DNA of 64,000 bases, taken from Felis catus. Lineage: Eukaryota. Within the stretch, counting starts at the first letter, position 1. Every line of letters starts with the position of its first letter. Location of the stretch: positions 59,646,001-59,710,000 of the forward strand of contig NC_058382.1 in assembly GCF_018350175.1 (NCBI RefSeq), given 5' to 3'. The notes below the pieces were generated by a model, which was given only the letters and a program-made list of their open reading frames with translations, did no database searches and had not been told where the DNA came from. Shown here piece by piece: positions 26,194 to 38,547 of this stretch. The translations under genes and the position numbers were made by a program.

Positions 26194-26885
26194 GGCGCTG
26201 TCCAATATAGCGGCCGCTCTCCACACTGAGCCATCGCGGTTGCAATGGAAATGAAATAAAGATAAACTTTCGGGGGGCGCCTGGCTCAGTTGGTTAAGCA
26301 TCTGACTTTGGCTCAGGTCACGATCTCACGGTTCGTGGGTTCGAGCCCCACGTCGGGCTCTGTGCCGACGGCTCGGAGCCTGGAGCCTGCTTTGGATTCT
26401 GGGTCTCCCAGTCTCTCTGACCCTCCCCCACTCACGCTGTCTGTTTCTCTGTCTCTCTCTGTCTCTCTCTCTCTCTAGCGCTCAAAAATGAGTAAACATC
26501 AAAAATAATAATAATAGGGGCGCCTGGATGGCTCAGTCGGTTGAATGTCTGACTTCGGCTCAGGTCATGATATCACAGTCCGTGAGTTCGAGCCCCACAT
26601 CGGGCTCTGTGCTGACAGCTCAGAGCCTGGAGCCTGTTTCAGATTCTGTGTCTCCCTCCTTCTCTGAACCTCCCCCATTCATGCTCTCTCTGTCTCAAAA
26701 ATCAATAAAGGTTAAAATTTTAAAAAAAAATAGTAATAATAATAAATGAATGAACTTTCAGGTCCTCGGTTGCATGAGGCACATTTCAAGTGCTCAAAAG
26801 GCACATGTGGCTGGTGGCCACTGAGTGAGTGCGGATGAAGAATGGTACATGATCTCTGTAGAAAGTTCTATAGGGTAGTGCTGCT
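26194..26885. mobile_element. MER3-like element split by two nested plus-strand Can-SINEs (heads near 26274 and 26517)
   Basis: gcgctgtccaatatag on the left and cacatttcaagtgctcaa...agaaagttctatagg on the right; direct repeats AACTTTC (outer) and AAAAATA(A/G)TAATAATA (inner). Confidence 0.85.
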
Positions 26886-27152
26886 CTACGATTTAGGACT
26901 TGTTTTGGTGTGGGGGCAGGGAGGAGGGTGCAGCAACTTTCATTTTTCCCCTTAATAAACATCAATATTTGAGATTTTTACAGCCAAGATATATATGTTC
27001 GTATGTTGCTTAGAGAATTTAGAAAAACAATGCACCTTAACTAAGATGTTTACAAAAGAGGAGAAAGTATTTAACCGGACACCATCACACAGATCTGTTT
27101 TGCACACTCCAGTGCGCCTTCTTCCTTGGGCCCCTCGCAGACATAGACTCAC

Positions 27153-27276
27153 CTTTGGAGTGTTTCCCCACAGTCCTCTTGGGCAGCGACTCCTCCGTGG
27201 AATGTGCTGATGTGTGTAGTGCGTTCTCCAAACTATTACTCACGCTGCTGACCGGAGCCTCGGTTCTTGGAGTTAC
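27153..27276 (-). CDS. ZCCHC14: ZCCHC14 coding exon 2 (VTPRTEAPVSSVSNSLENALHTSAHSTEESLPKRTVGKHSK)
   Basis: Acceptor tcctcccag|GTA and donor AAAG|GTGAGT; 124 nt; continues the exon 1 frame. Confidence 0.96.
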
Positions 27277-29550
27277 CTGGGAGGACAAAGAAGTCATATT
27301 TTCTCCCATTTGGTTCATGCGGAATGACTGTTCACTGTTACCTGAAAGTCATTTATGTTCATTGTAGTTTCAAAAGTGTACACAAAGCATATATATAAAA
27401 GCACACATACGTACACCTTCTAGAGGAGACGGATATAAAGCTTCTTGAAAACACCACTCCTACAGTAGCGTACTAACAAGCACTTCCCGCGAAAGAAGAC
27501 GCTGCCCGTGTCCCACGCACCGCTGCGATGCAGCGGCAGCCTGGGCACCTGCAAGCACACGTGGGAGCTTGGGCCCGTGCCAGCGGTTCAGTCGCCTGCC
27601 CGGGAACCACGTCAGCCACGCTTCATGAATTACACACCTCTACCTGAGTAGAACCTTGTATTTTATTTCTTCAAGTCATACAGCTCCCTGTAAAATTAAT
27701 TACACAGCAGGACTCAACTCTGTCCCGTAAAATCTTGAGTAAATGATAAAATACTCTGAACAGAACAGTAAAGAAGGAAATACGACTGGATCTCTGTGGG
27801 CCACATATTCTAGCCTCACATTACGATCCTACTTCTAGGAATTACTTGCACAAAGCACCTACTCCTGAGAAAAGTACGGGGGGCTGGGGGCGGGGGGCGG
27901 CACTCACAGCCGCGGCGCCTGTAGGAGTGAAAACAGAAAGCCTCTGAAGCGGCTGTGGACAGAGACCCGACCAGACGAAGGACGGCAGGCGCACAGGCGG
28001 CCGCGGCACCGTGGGCACCGTGGCGGCAGCTCCGCAGGGAACTGAGCTCGGGCTTCCCCTCCCCTCCAGCCCCTGCCCACGGGGAGGGGGCTCTGTGCGA
28101 ATGTGCCGGAGACAGGAGGGGACCCTGGGCACCTGGGGGGGGACAAGAACTATCCCCCCGCCCCCACCCTGTAACGAGTGTCAGTACCTGAAAATTTACA
28201 GCCAAAACACACGTAGTACTTGTAGGATTCAGAAGAGGAGGTGACTAGTACTTGACTTGTTCAGAGTCACAATTTAGGACGTGTCAAAATCTCAAAGGAT
28301 AATAAAGTTGAGATTTTCAAGTTTATCAAGAGAGGTGTGAGTTTTAAAGGGTGAGAAACACTATGCTCCACACACAGGGCAGGGGGAGGTTTGGGGGAGA
28401 AGAGGAGCAGGACCCCTGGTCCCCGTCCTCCCCTGGAGTCGCCGGCCCCTCGTTTCATTAGTTGGCTTCACCAGCGGGAGGCCAGGGGGCGCCCACCGGA
28501 GGACACCGTGAGCCCACCGCAGGCAGAGAGCCACCAGGACAGGACGGAGATGCCACCACGCCCGCAGGACAGTGGACGCCACATGGCCGTGTGCCCGGCG
28601 GGCTGCCGAAGCCCCTGCAGGAGGCCTCCCCACACACACGGGAGACGCCACGCAAGAAAAGCAACCCTGCACGGTCTAGTTCATTTGGAAGTTCACGGAA
28701 CTCACGGAAATAAATCCTGACTACCCAGTACTCCTCCAAAGAGCCAAGTCTTTTGGTAACACTTACCAAGATGTTATCAAGACCGTTAAAATTTTAAATT
28801 GCTTTTATTTGTAATTTAACTAAATTGGATTATTTCCCTTAGATTTGGCAAAGTTTCATCCATTGGTCTGAATATTCTAGAAAGGAACTTTTTATATTGA
28901 ATAAGATAACAGAACCAACAGTTAAAAAATTATTTGCGGAGCAAGGTTTTTAGTTCCAAACAGCAAATATTACTTTGGGAAGCAACTCAGGAGGTTAACC
29001 TTTTAACTCTTAGGATAAACCCAATGCACAACAGCTTGTGTGCGATCTGGCCTGATGCGAGTACGCCTCCACGTCCCCTGGGCTACCCTGCTAAGTGCAT
29101 CAAGTCCTCGTCCTGATGACAGGGAGGCTCAGCCGTCCGAACGACCAACCAGAGGCGCCAACCTTGCCGGCTGGTTGGTGACGAACCTCTCCCGCACAGG
29201 CGGACACACACACACCGAGACCCCGCACGCACACCACCACCCACCCTAAAGCATCCTCAACAGCCACAAAGAGAAAAGTGGCCTCCAGACTCAGCCTCTG
29301 TGGGGAAGGGGCAAGGGCAGGGACGGGACAACAGCACCACAGCCGGGACGCCTCTGCGAGCACAGCTTCGGGCACCTGGGCCCGGGGGTCTCAACCCTGG
29401 TGTGCGCTAACCTCTGGGCCTGGCAAGGACACGTGCGCCCACCCCCTGTCCCATCAGCATGTCCAGAGGGGGGCCAGGACCCTGGTCATGCCAGGTACCA
29501 CAGCCAGAGTCCGAAGCACGGTAGGCCGGTTGTCTGGTCAGCCCTTGCGG

Positions 29551-29638
29551 GGAGGAGGAGGAGGAGGAGGAGGAAGAACAGAAGCAGGAGGAGGAAGAGG
29601 AGGAGGGGGAGGAGGAGCAGGAAGAAGCAGGAGGAGGA
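29551..29638 (+). repeat. Imperfect (GGA)n purine-rich repeat
   Basis: Seen directly. Confidence 0.9.
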
Positions 29639-32052
29639 CACCCAGGCAGAAGACAAAGCTCCTTCCGTGGGCGGGTGGCTGGGTGAGCTGATGGGGTGGG
29701 TCTGTGCACCACGGCCCCAGGGGGAGGGGGACGGGAGGGGGAGAGCCCAGGAGTTACCCCGGAACGCCAACCACCAACATAAGCAACCACGCCCGCCAAC
29801 AATATAAACACAAGGAAGAAAACTGTAAAATCATAACCAGCGGAAAAGAAATCTTTGTTCGCCTCCCTGTGCTTTCAGAACGTTTCTTCCTAGTTTTCCA
29901 AATGTTCACTTTTTCCAACCAGGCCTTTATCTTGAATTTGCTCTTTTGTTTACATTGAAAGCTCTCTTCGCCTGCATTTCCCAGAAATGCTGTGTTTGGG
30001 TTATTTTTGGTGAAGTTAATTTGCCCCATGTGACCTCCGCAGCTCAACTCAGATGCTCTCTGACTCACGCTCACAAGTGGAGCCCCAGTCATGAGCCTGA
30101 TGGACACGAGAATAAAGACCTGATCGGTTCCAAATGTTGCCTCCTGCTGTGGCCACAGGAGCCACGAGAAGCACTCTCCAAGCACAAGCATCGGCCCTTT
30201 CCACGAGGCCCCTCACTCGCTGAGCTCCTGGACCGGCTCCTCACGTCCCACCCAGACAGCCCCCCCGCCACAACCTACAGGGGACCGTGGCATCACCCGC
30301 TCCTCCCCTCCGCTCAGCCTGCTGTGGCTACCGGGGAGGGGCCTAGGGTGCCCCCACCCCCTCGCTGCTGTCACATCGACACCTCTCGGTGAGGACCTGT
30401 CACAGCTCAGCGAAGGAGGGACTTCCCGTGTGTCCCATTAACTGCCATGTCCTCTGTGTTTCACACAGCACCCGACGCAGCCCAGACACTTGACGAGGAC
30501 CCCTGAAACAGGGCCGCCTCACCCAGTCTTAACAAAAGCAGGACGAACCGAGCCAAAAAAGCACCTCTAGTTCAAAGGGCAGGTCCGCATGCTAAGCTCT
30601 GTACCACACAGTCGCCCGGGTATTTTGCCAGGTCTAATCGAGGGCCGCCAGGGCCGTACGTGTGAATGAAACTGGACTCCGGGGCCTGTTAGCGGCCTGA
30701 GGCACACGGTCCGCCCGGGGGCTCCTCCGGGCAAGATGTGGCCCCGGTAATGGGCCAAGGCCCCGGCTCTGGGCGCCAGCCTCCCACCGGCACCGCCGCC
30801 TAAACAGAGACGAGGCCCCTGTCCCCAAACTTCCACGTGCAAAATGCTTCTGGCGTCTGAAACTCAAGCTGTGACTCAGAAGGTCAGGTGGGGCCCGAGC
30901 CTCTGCACCCCTCTCATGCGACGCTGATGCCACCAGAGTATTTCAGGATGGTCAGAACACCCAAAGGCCCGACACCCTCCCCAGGTAGGCTGTAAAGAGG
31001 AACCCCAGCACCGCACAGACCACATCACGTAACCCTGCGTCCCCTTCCGAGAGGGAGGGACGGAGATGCCAAAGGGCGCGCACGGGCTGGTGGCGCGGCT
31101 CCTGCCGGTGCACACGCTCCCTGCTCTCAAGGGTTCCCTCGGCACCGGCCTCCGACGAGACCGACCCTGCAGAACACAGGTGGCCTGAAACGTGGTGTTG
31201 AAAACTCACTTTAATATTCATGGACCGGAACCACAACTTTCAGAAGAGAGTTTTAATTTTTAAAAAATTGATTTCATTAAAGATCATTCAAAGTCATCGG
31301 ACAAGACAAAGCCGGGCAGAGGGCAGGGCCCGCAGCAAGCACTCGAACGTTCGACATGGCAGGGAGGGAGGGAGCTTCTCGGAAAAACCCAGTAAAGCGG
31401 TCGTTAATATGTGGAGAAACTGAAGGCTCGGTGTCCTAGTTGTGCTGTAATGTAAACGAATCTTCAGTCACCAGGGTAAGACACTGAAGGGGCTGCAGCA
31501 GGCGACAGAGAGCCCCCTTTCTCCAGAAGGCAGTGGTCTTCGACGGTGAGACTCCCCCAGAGACCCTCCTGGGGAACTCCTACAAAAGACGATGGCCTTC
31601 CCTCACCATGAAGTTGGAAGTTCCCAACTTGGCCCTCAGTTGCACGCGAGCACACTCAAAACTGCTTCTCTACAAGGTCCTCCACGGCAGTGACACTCGC
31701 AGTAGCAAGACACAGCGATTCGGTGCTCGTACCGTGGGGCTGGAAAGTAGGTGATGATGACGCGTGTGTACAGAGCCATAAACGAGAGGCTGGTGAGCCA
31801 GGCTGTGCCGTGAAGGGGTGGTGAAGACGGGACTCCAGTTTAAAACGCAGGTGTGCATGGAATGCCTGAGATGTGACACACGGCAAGAGGCCACGGAGAA
31901 TAAAGGAATGGAAACGACTAGAATTATGAGCACCCTTTACACCGTTCTTACCGTGGATGCAATCTGCTTGTATCCACCCCAATCTGCTCCACCCTTCTCT
32001 TGAACAGCAGAAGCGACCGGCGCCCATCACGACTCTCCCCAAGGTCAGTGGA

Positions 32053-32066
32053 CCAGTAGGGGGCAG
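32053..32066 (+). promoter_or_regulatory. Candidate CTCF site
   Basis: CCAGTAGGGGGCAG fits the CTCF core CCASYAGRKGGCRS; motif match only. Confidence 0.5.
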
Positions 32067-32886
32067 TCCCAGTGCAGGTCACACCCGGGGACAGCAGAGC
32101 CCGCTCGCGGAGGCCACACCACTGGTTCCAGCAGCCCCTGCTGGCTGTGACGGCGGCCAAGATCCAACTCGCTCAGGTCCAGTCTCCCCAGGCGCCAAGT
32201 GGGGATTAACAGTGCCTACCTCACTGGGGTTTTGTGAGAATTTCAAGTAGCGGCTGGGCAAACAGTCAATATGCAACATAATGTCCGCTGCTACCATCAC
32301 TGAGGCGGCCGGTCCGGTTGGGAAGCGGGAAGGGGGAAGCGGGAAGCCAGCGGCACAAGTGCCCTGGCAGAGACCAGCTCTGTGAGAACACCCGGAAGAG
32401 ACACCTCGGAGGTCCTGGCGGAAAGAAAACCTCTTCCGTGAGGCTGATTCTCCCCAAGGGCAAATCGACTCCACCGTCTGTGCCCGCGGTGCCCGGGGAC
32501 GGGCTCCAGACGGCCACCGGTCCCTGTGCCCCTGCGTTGGAATCGGGGGCCTCCCTTCTGCAAACACGCGTGCCACTTTTCAAAACCGGACTTCTCCATG
32601 ACAGGTGACCACTTGCTCTACAACTAGCACGTGACAGCTGACACGATTATGTGTCGCCTGAACCACAGCTCCGTGACATGCTCTTCAGGGCCAATGCTCC
32701 CACTGTTACGATGGGAGCAAACTCAGCCCCCAGTAGCAGTGGATGTAGCCATCATGCATCACGCCGGGACAGGACCTCCAGATCTACCAATCCCTCTGGG
32801 AGTTCCCTCTCCTAAGAACACAGTCGGTGACACAGTCATAGGTCTGTGTGCGAGGAAGTCTGTCTTAGCTTTAGAAGAGCAGAAAA

Positions 32887-33425
32887 GGGGTGCCTTGCAC
32901 AGCGGGTGGTGTGACTCTTGACCTCAGGATTCTGAGTTCAAGCCACACACGGGGTGTAGAGATCACATAAAAATAAAATCTTTTTTTTTTTTTTTTTGAG
33001 AGTGTGAGTGAGCAGGGAGGGGCACAGGGAGAGAGAATCTTAAGCAAGTTCCATGCTCGGCGAGGGGCCCAATGCGGGGGGGCTTGATCCCATGACCCTG
33101 GGATCGTGACCTCAGCAGAAACAGATGGATGCTCAACGAACGAATGGAGCCACCCAGGCGTCCCATAAAAATAAAACCTCTCCGGGGGGCTCCGTTGGTT
33201 GAGCGTCCGACTCTTGATTTCGGCCCAGGTCGTGATCTCGTAGTTCACTCGGTTCACGGGATGGAGCCCCACGTCGGGCTCTGCACTGACGGCACAGAGC
33301 CTGCTTGGGCTCCTCTCTCTCACTCTCTCTCTACCCCTCTCACACTTGCATGTGCTCTCAAAATAAAGAAATAAACTTAAAATAAACAAATACTCAAATA
33401 AAATCCTCAAAAATAAATAAATAAC
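32887..33425. mobile_element. Cluster of three Can-SINEs: short old plus copy (32887-32980), minus copy (32981-33163), plus copy (33184-33425)
   Basis: Heads and tails visible; the minus copy is flanked by TSD CATAAAAATAAAA. Confidence 0.85.
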
Positions 33426-36400
33426 GAGCAAAAAATACGTATATAAATAACAAATACCCAGCAAGGTTAATATCTACACGTGTAAATACAGATCTACGTG
33501 GTTAAATATTATGCAGTCTTTAAAAAACAACTTCAGAAAACAAAAGGCACAGGAATGCATAACTTGTCAAGGGTGCACGCACACAGACACGCATTAAAGA
33601 AAGAAGAAAAATGTACCATAATGCTGTAGTGTTTATCATCTTTGGGCGATTTTTAAAAAACATTTTTCTGTTTCCCAGTTTTTCTGCAAAGAACGGTTAC
33701 TCTCAGAACTAGAAACGAGTTAGAAGCCACGAAGTCTCAGCGTAAGTTAACCTCCTACAGGACGGGAACATAACAGTAAAACAGAAGCAGCTTCTGAAAA
33801 CCAAACCCCGCAGCTCACCCCCGAAAGGCTGTCTCCTACTCTCAGAGGCACTGAGGGGCCATGACAGGCGGGGCAGATGCTGCCAGGGGACCGAGCATGG
33901 GGGACAGACCAGGCAACACCTAAGCCAATTCCAAGGGAGGACGCGAACCCCGCGGCTGAGGCTGAACTGGAGAAGGAGCCACACCAAGCGGAGGAAGGGC
34001 CTTCCAGGCACAGGAACAGAAGTGTGGAGCCCCGAGGCAGAAGGCCTTCACGCCTGAAGCTTCCTAACGCCAAGGGGCAGCAGGGCCGGGCCCTCGGGGA
34101 CAGGCGTGAGTTAGTTCCACAGGCTCTACACGCCGAGTCATTGATTTCCAGTCTATCTTCCAAGCAGCTCACCTCCACACCGGAAAGAATACCATCTGCT
34201 AAATACTCCTAACTCAATGGGAAAAAATACATAAAATCAAAAAGCAAAGTGATTTGTAAGCATTTTACTAAAATAGTAATTATGCGTCTCTCAAAACCAG
34301 AAAAAGAAAGTAGATAGTTTAATAGTGAAAGCTATTTGCTGACTTAGGCCAAGTGAAAGCCAATGCTAACCAGAAACTGTTTTCCACATAAAAACGTTCC
34401 TTTTTAAAATGTCTTACCCTGCAGCTGTACTCATTAAAAATGAGAGAGAAAAAAAAGATGACTGCTCAAAATCTCAGTGAAAGGTACCAAACCAAGCCCT
34501 CGGCTAGAGGGGTCCCGGCAAAGTGACCGTAAGGCCAAGTCCCGCCAGCAGCCTGCAGAGCAGGCCAGCCTCTAACAGCCCGCCCAGCCCTTGCCCTGCA
34601 CACCCGAGCAGCTCTTACAAATTCGGATCCCAGGGCTCCCACCGCAGGCCAATGAACTAGAACCTGAGGGGGCGGGTCAGGTACGATCGGCTCCTGGCGT
34701 CCGGAAGCCCCGCCAGGGAGGCTCTGCAGTGCAGACTCAGCCTGGGTCCCAAGTCAAGAGCCCCAGCTGCTAAAGATGGGATCTCCAGCCACACACACCT
34801 GCACAGCAGGTTAAAGTAGTGCCCGATCCGCACCCTCGGCGGCAGCGAGGCCCTAGACAGTGGCTCTAATGGAGCCTGTCACACTGCAGGTGCTCAACAA
34901 CAGCACAATTTTGTGCAGGCGTGGCACCAGGGCTTCCGTCTGAACGGCCACACCCCCGGCCTCCTAGTCTGACTGCACCTGAAACGCAGTGCCAGCAGGC
35001 TTGGTGTCTTCTCCAGGGAACAGGTGGCAAACCCAAGGTGCGGGAGGGGAGTGAAAGAACTCAGCGGTCGCTGGAGAAAGGCGCGAAGCTAGAAGGAGCA
35101 ACAGGCGACCGACCTCGAGGGAGCACACAGATGCACTTTTACAAGCGGGAGTTTAAAGGGCACGGCCGCCCCGGAACACCCAATCTTCGTAAACTCCAAG
35201 GCAACACTGCGTGGGAATCTAAAACAATGCGTTCAGGAAGACAGCACCCCCCGACTTCTGGAAAAACTTAAATCGTGTGACCTGTGTGGGATCGAAAACG
35301 GGGAGCAGCGGTCGTCGTCCCCCCTCGTGTGCACTCAGCCGCCTCCGGAAGGGCGACAGGTGAGGCACCCACCGCAGGCTGGCTGTGCCTTCAGACTTCT
35401 GACATCAGGTGCATCCTATACATGCTACGGTCACTGTGCATGTGTGTTTGGGCCACAACGATGTTTAAATATCGGGGTTTTCTCTGAGAAACCGTCTCAG
35501 TGTCTGGCAGTAACAGGTAAGCTGTGCCACAAGGACCATTTGGGTTCCCAATATAACATTCACCTGCTGAGACGAACCGTTCAGAGCGGTCAGCACGTTA
35601 AAACGGTTGCTTGATGACCCCCGGGAGATACCGGCCATGGCAGGAGTTAGGTTACAGAGCATGCAGGCGTCCAGGACGGGAAAGGACAAGCACTGAAGAC
35701 AAGCTGGAAATGAGCAAGAAGCATCTGGATGAGAAGAAGAGTGCATCAAAGGTCCAGAAGGTGTCAGTAAAACACGCCCTTGGGTTTTATTTCTATAGAA
35801 GCCACAAATCCCATTTAGTGAGTCTTGACTGGATGCCTATTAACAGCAAAACAGAGGTGCTCAGAGAGTCAGAGACCAGACCCCTATGGTTAGCCATGCA
35901 GGGAAAGGTCAGGCCAGAAGCGGCTCAACTGGATTGAACAGAAAAGACACAGAGGCCAAGAAATTCCAGACTGACCTCCTACAACAGATACAGCAGATCC
36001 TCCATCAACAGGTAAATGGTATCTGCCCCTAGGAGCCGCTTGACGATGGGGGGGGGGGGGGGGGGGGGAGCGAGCTCCAGATGCCCAGGGCGCCTGGCTT
36101 TGTTCCTCAGCACCCACTCGGGGCCAGGATGCCTCATGATCACCCCGCTTAACGTTCTCAAACGACCCTCTTATCTCATCATCACATCGGTTTCTCCTCC
36201 ACACAGAACCTCATTCTTTGTAAGGACAAATGTCACCACTACTGTAAAACCCTCCTTCCCAGCCACACCTCCTTGGAGAGAATCAATCCTCCCTGCACTA
36301 CATGGCCCACATTTACCACAACATTTGGTTCTACGTTCAGTAAGGACAGAGTATTTGGACCAACCTTCTTACCGAGAACCGTAACTCCGAACAAAGTATA

Positions 36401-37623
36401 AAAACCAATAAACTGAACACGACCAAAAGAAACTAAAGAAAGGTCTACACTTAGAAAAAGGGATTGGTACCAGGTGTGTTTCATGTCCCCTGGGCCCAGT
36501 CCTCATCAGAAAAAGCAGCAGCCACAGCTCAGACAGCACTCCTCAGTCCTACCGCCCTGACGAGCCTGAGATCTGGTAAAATATGACAGCGCTGAGGGAG
36601 GGAGAAGACTGTGACAGAAGAGTGTCCGAGAAGGGGACACGTCTAGACCTGCATATAAATTCTGCCCGCACCTCTGCGTGAGCCCTGAATTAGGCATGCG
36701 GGCCCCAAGGAGCCAAGCTAAGACCAGACAACCAGAGGTTGGGGCTGCTGGCCAGCAAAGGAAGAGAGTTCTGGGGTTTGGGTCCGGCCAAATGTAGTGC
36801 CTGCTAAAACAAACAAAACAACAACACGATACTCTGCAGGAGGACCAAGCAAAACCCAGAGCTTGTACAGGGTCTCACTTGCAAAACCCAAGGGGCAATC
36901 TGTAAGCAAGAGATACGTAAAGAAACAAGAACAAGATCCAATACAAAGAGAAAAAGGAGGCCAAGCCCAAGAGGAATCACACACTGGAATCAGAGCCAAG
37001 AAGCATTAAGTGGCTGTTGTTACAAGGCTCAGAACATAAAAGAAAATGTATGTGACATAAGAACCAAAGAACATCTCAGGAGAGAAATGGAAACTCTTAA
37101 AATATGAAAATTCAGGCAGCAACTAAGGTGTCCCACAGGAGGTGAATGCATAAACTGTGTGCACCACACAATGGAATATTACTCAGCGATAAAAGGAGCT
37201 GTCAAGTCATGAAATGGCATGAAGGAAAATGAAATGTTATCTGAAAAGTCTACATACGGTGTGACTCCAGCCAGATGACATTCTGAAAAAGGCAAAGCTA
37301 TGGACACAGGGAAAGACGAGGGGCTGGAGGCAGGGAGGTGCACAGGCAGAGCCCGGAGGGCTGTCAAGGACAGTGAGACCGCTCTGTGTGATGTCATGGT
37401 GGACACCCGTCCTTATGCGCTTGTCCAAACCACAACCTGTACAACACCAAGAAGGAGCCTTGATGTAAACCGCTGACTTCAGGTGATTACAATATTCAAG
37501 TTTTCTGTGAACCTAAAACTGCTCTAAAAAAATTAAGACTTAAAATCATAAAAAAGAATCCAAGTAGAAATTCTAAAATAAAAAAATGCTATTTCTGAAT
37601 TGAAAAATCCATTAGATGACCTT

Positions 37624-37775
37624 GGGGCACTTTGTGGCTCTGACCCTTGATTTCAGCTCAGGTCACAATCTCACAGTTCGTGGGTTCAAGCCCCACATTG
37701 GGCTCTGTGTTGGCAGCATGGAGTCTGCTTGGGATTCTCTCTTTCCCTCTCTCTCTCAAATAAATAAACTTTAAA
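37624..37775 (+). mobile_element. Can-SINE (internally deleted)
   Basis: Partial consensus; imperfect TSD AAAAATC(C/T)ATT(A/G)GATGA. Confidence 0.8.
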
Positions 37776-38319
37776 AAATCTATTGGATGAGCTTTACAGC
37801 AGTTTGGAATTAACAGAAGACTTGCAGAATTTCAAGACAGATCAACTGAAAGTGTCCAGCCCGAAACACAGAGACAGAAAAAGACTGGAAAAGAAAAGAC
37901 AAAAGTTTCTAGCACCTGTAGAATAGGAGACTTAATGTACCTACAGTTGGAGTCCCAAAAGGGATACTGAGATACCGAGACACAAAAAACTATGGAGAAA
38001 TTATGACTGACGATTTCCCAAATTTAGTAAAAGACATGAATTTACAGCTCCAAGAAGTTCAGAGAGCACCGAACAAGATAAACTGAAGAGAGCAACGCTG
38101 GGCTGCCCCCATACTGCACAGGCCTCCCCTTCCTTAAATGCTGGAGCGAGACGGTCAGCAGGGACTCCTACATCTGGTGACGGGTCCCTGCAGCAACACA
38201 GGCAGAAGCAAGACACTCTTGCAGGCACGAAAACTAAGGAAATTTCGAACGTGCAGACCCAGACTCCAGAAAATGCTGAAGGAATTTTCCAGACTGAAGG
38301 GACACGATAACAAGCAGGC

Positions 38320-38547
38320 TTTTTTTTTTTTTTTTTTAATGTTAATTTACTTTTGAGAGAGAGAGAGAGCGTGCGCGCGCGCGCGCGTGCGCGCGCAGGG
38401 GAGGGGCAGAGAGAGAGACAGAATCCGAAGTAGGATCCAGACTCTAAGCTGTCAGCACAGAGTCCGACGCGGGGCTCAAAGTCGGGATGGGAAGATCATG
38501 ACCTGAGCCACAGCCAGACGCTTCACCGACAGACACGCAGGCGCCCC
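38320..38547 (-). mobile_element. Can-SINE containing a (GA)n(GC)n tract
   Basis: Reverse consensus; TSD CAAGC(A/C)GGCT. Confidence 0.9.

Noticed and set aside
29278..29811. Poly-Gly/Arg/Ser/Leu ORFs
   Set aside because: Artefacts of the (GGA)n repeat.
32871..33464. 197-aa ORF
   Set aside because: Made entirely of three adjacent SINEs.
34410..34460. Possible microexon (minus strand: pyrimidine tract, tacag, CTGCAGG, gtaaga)
   Set aside because: Several competing AGs and a frameshifting 7-nt size. Such motifs are common by chance in 22 kb, and there is no transcript evidence.
36047..36068. Long G/C homopolymers (also near 451, 13733, 39684, 47107, 49829)
   Set aside because: Simple slippage runs whose length is prone to sequencing error; no specific function is supportable.
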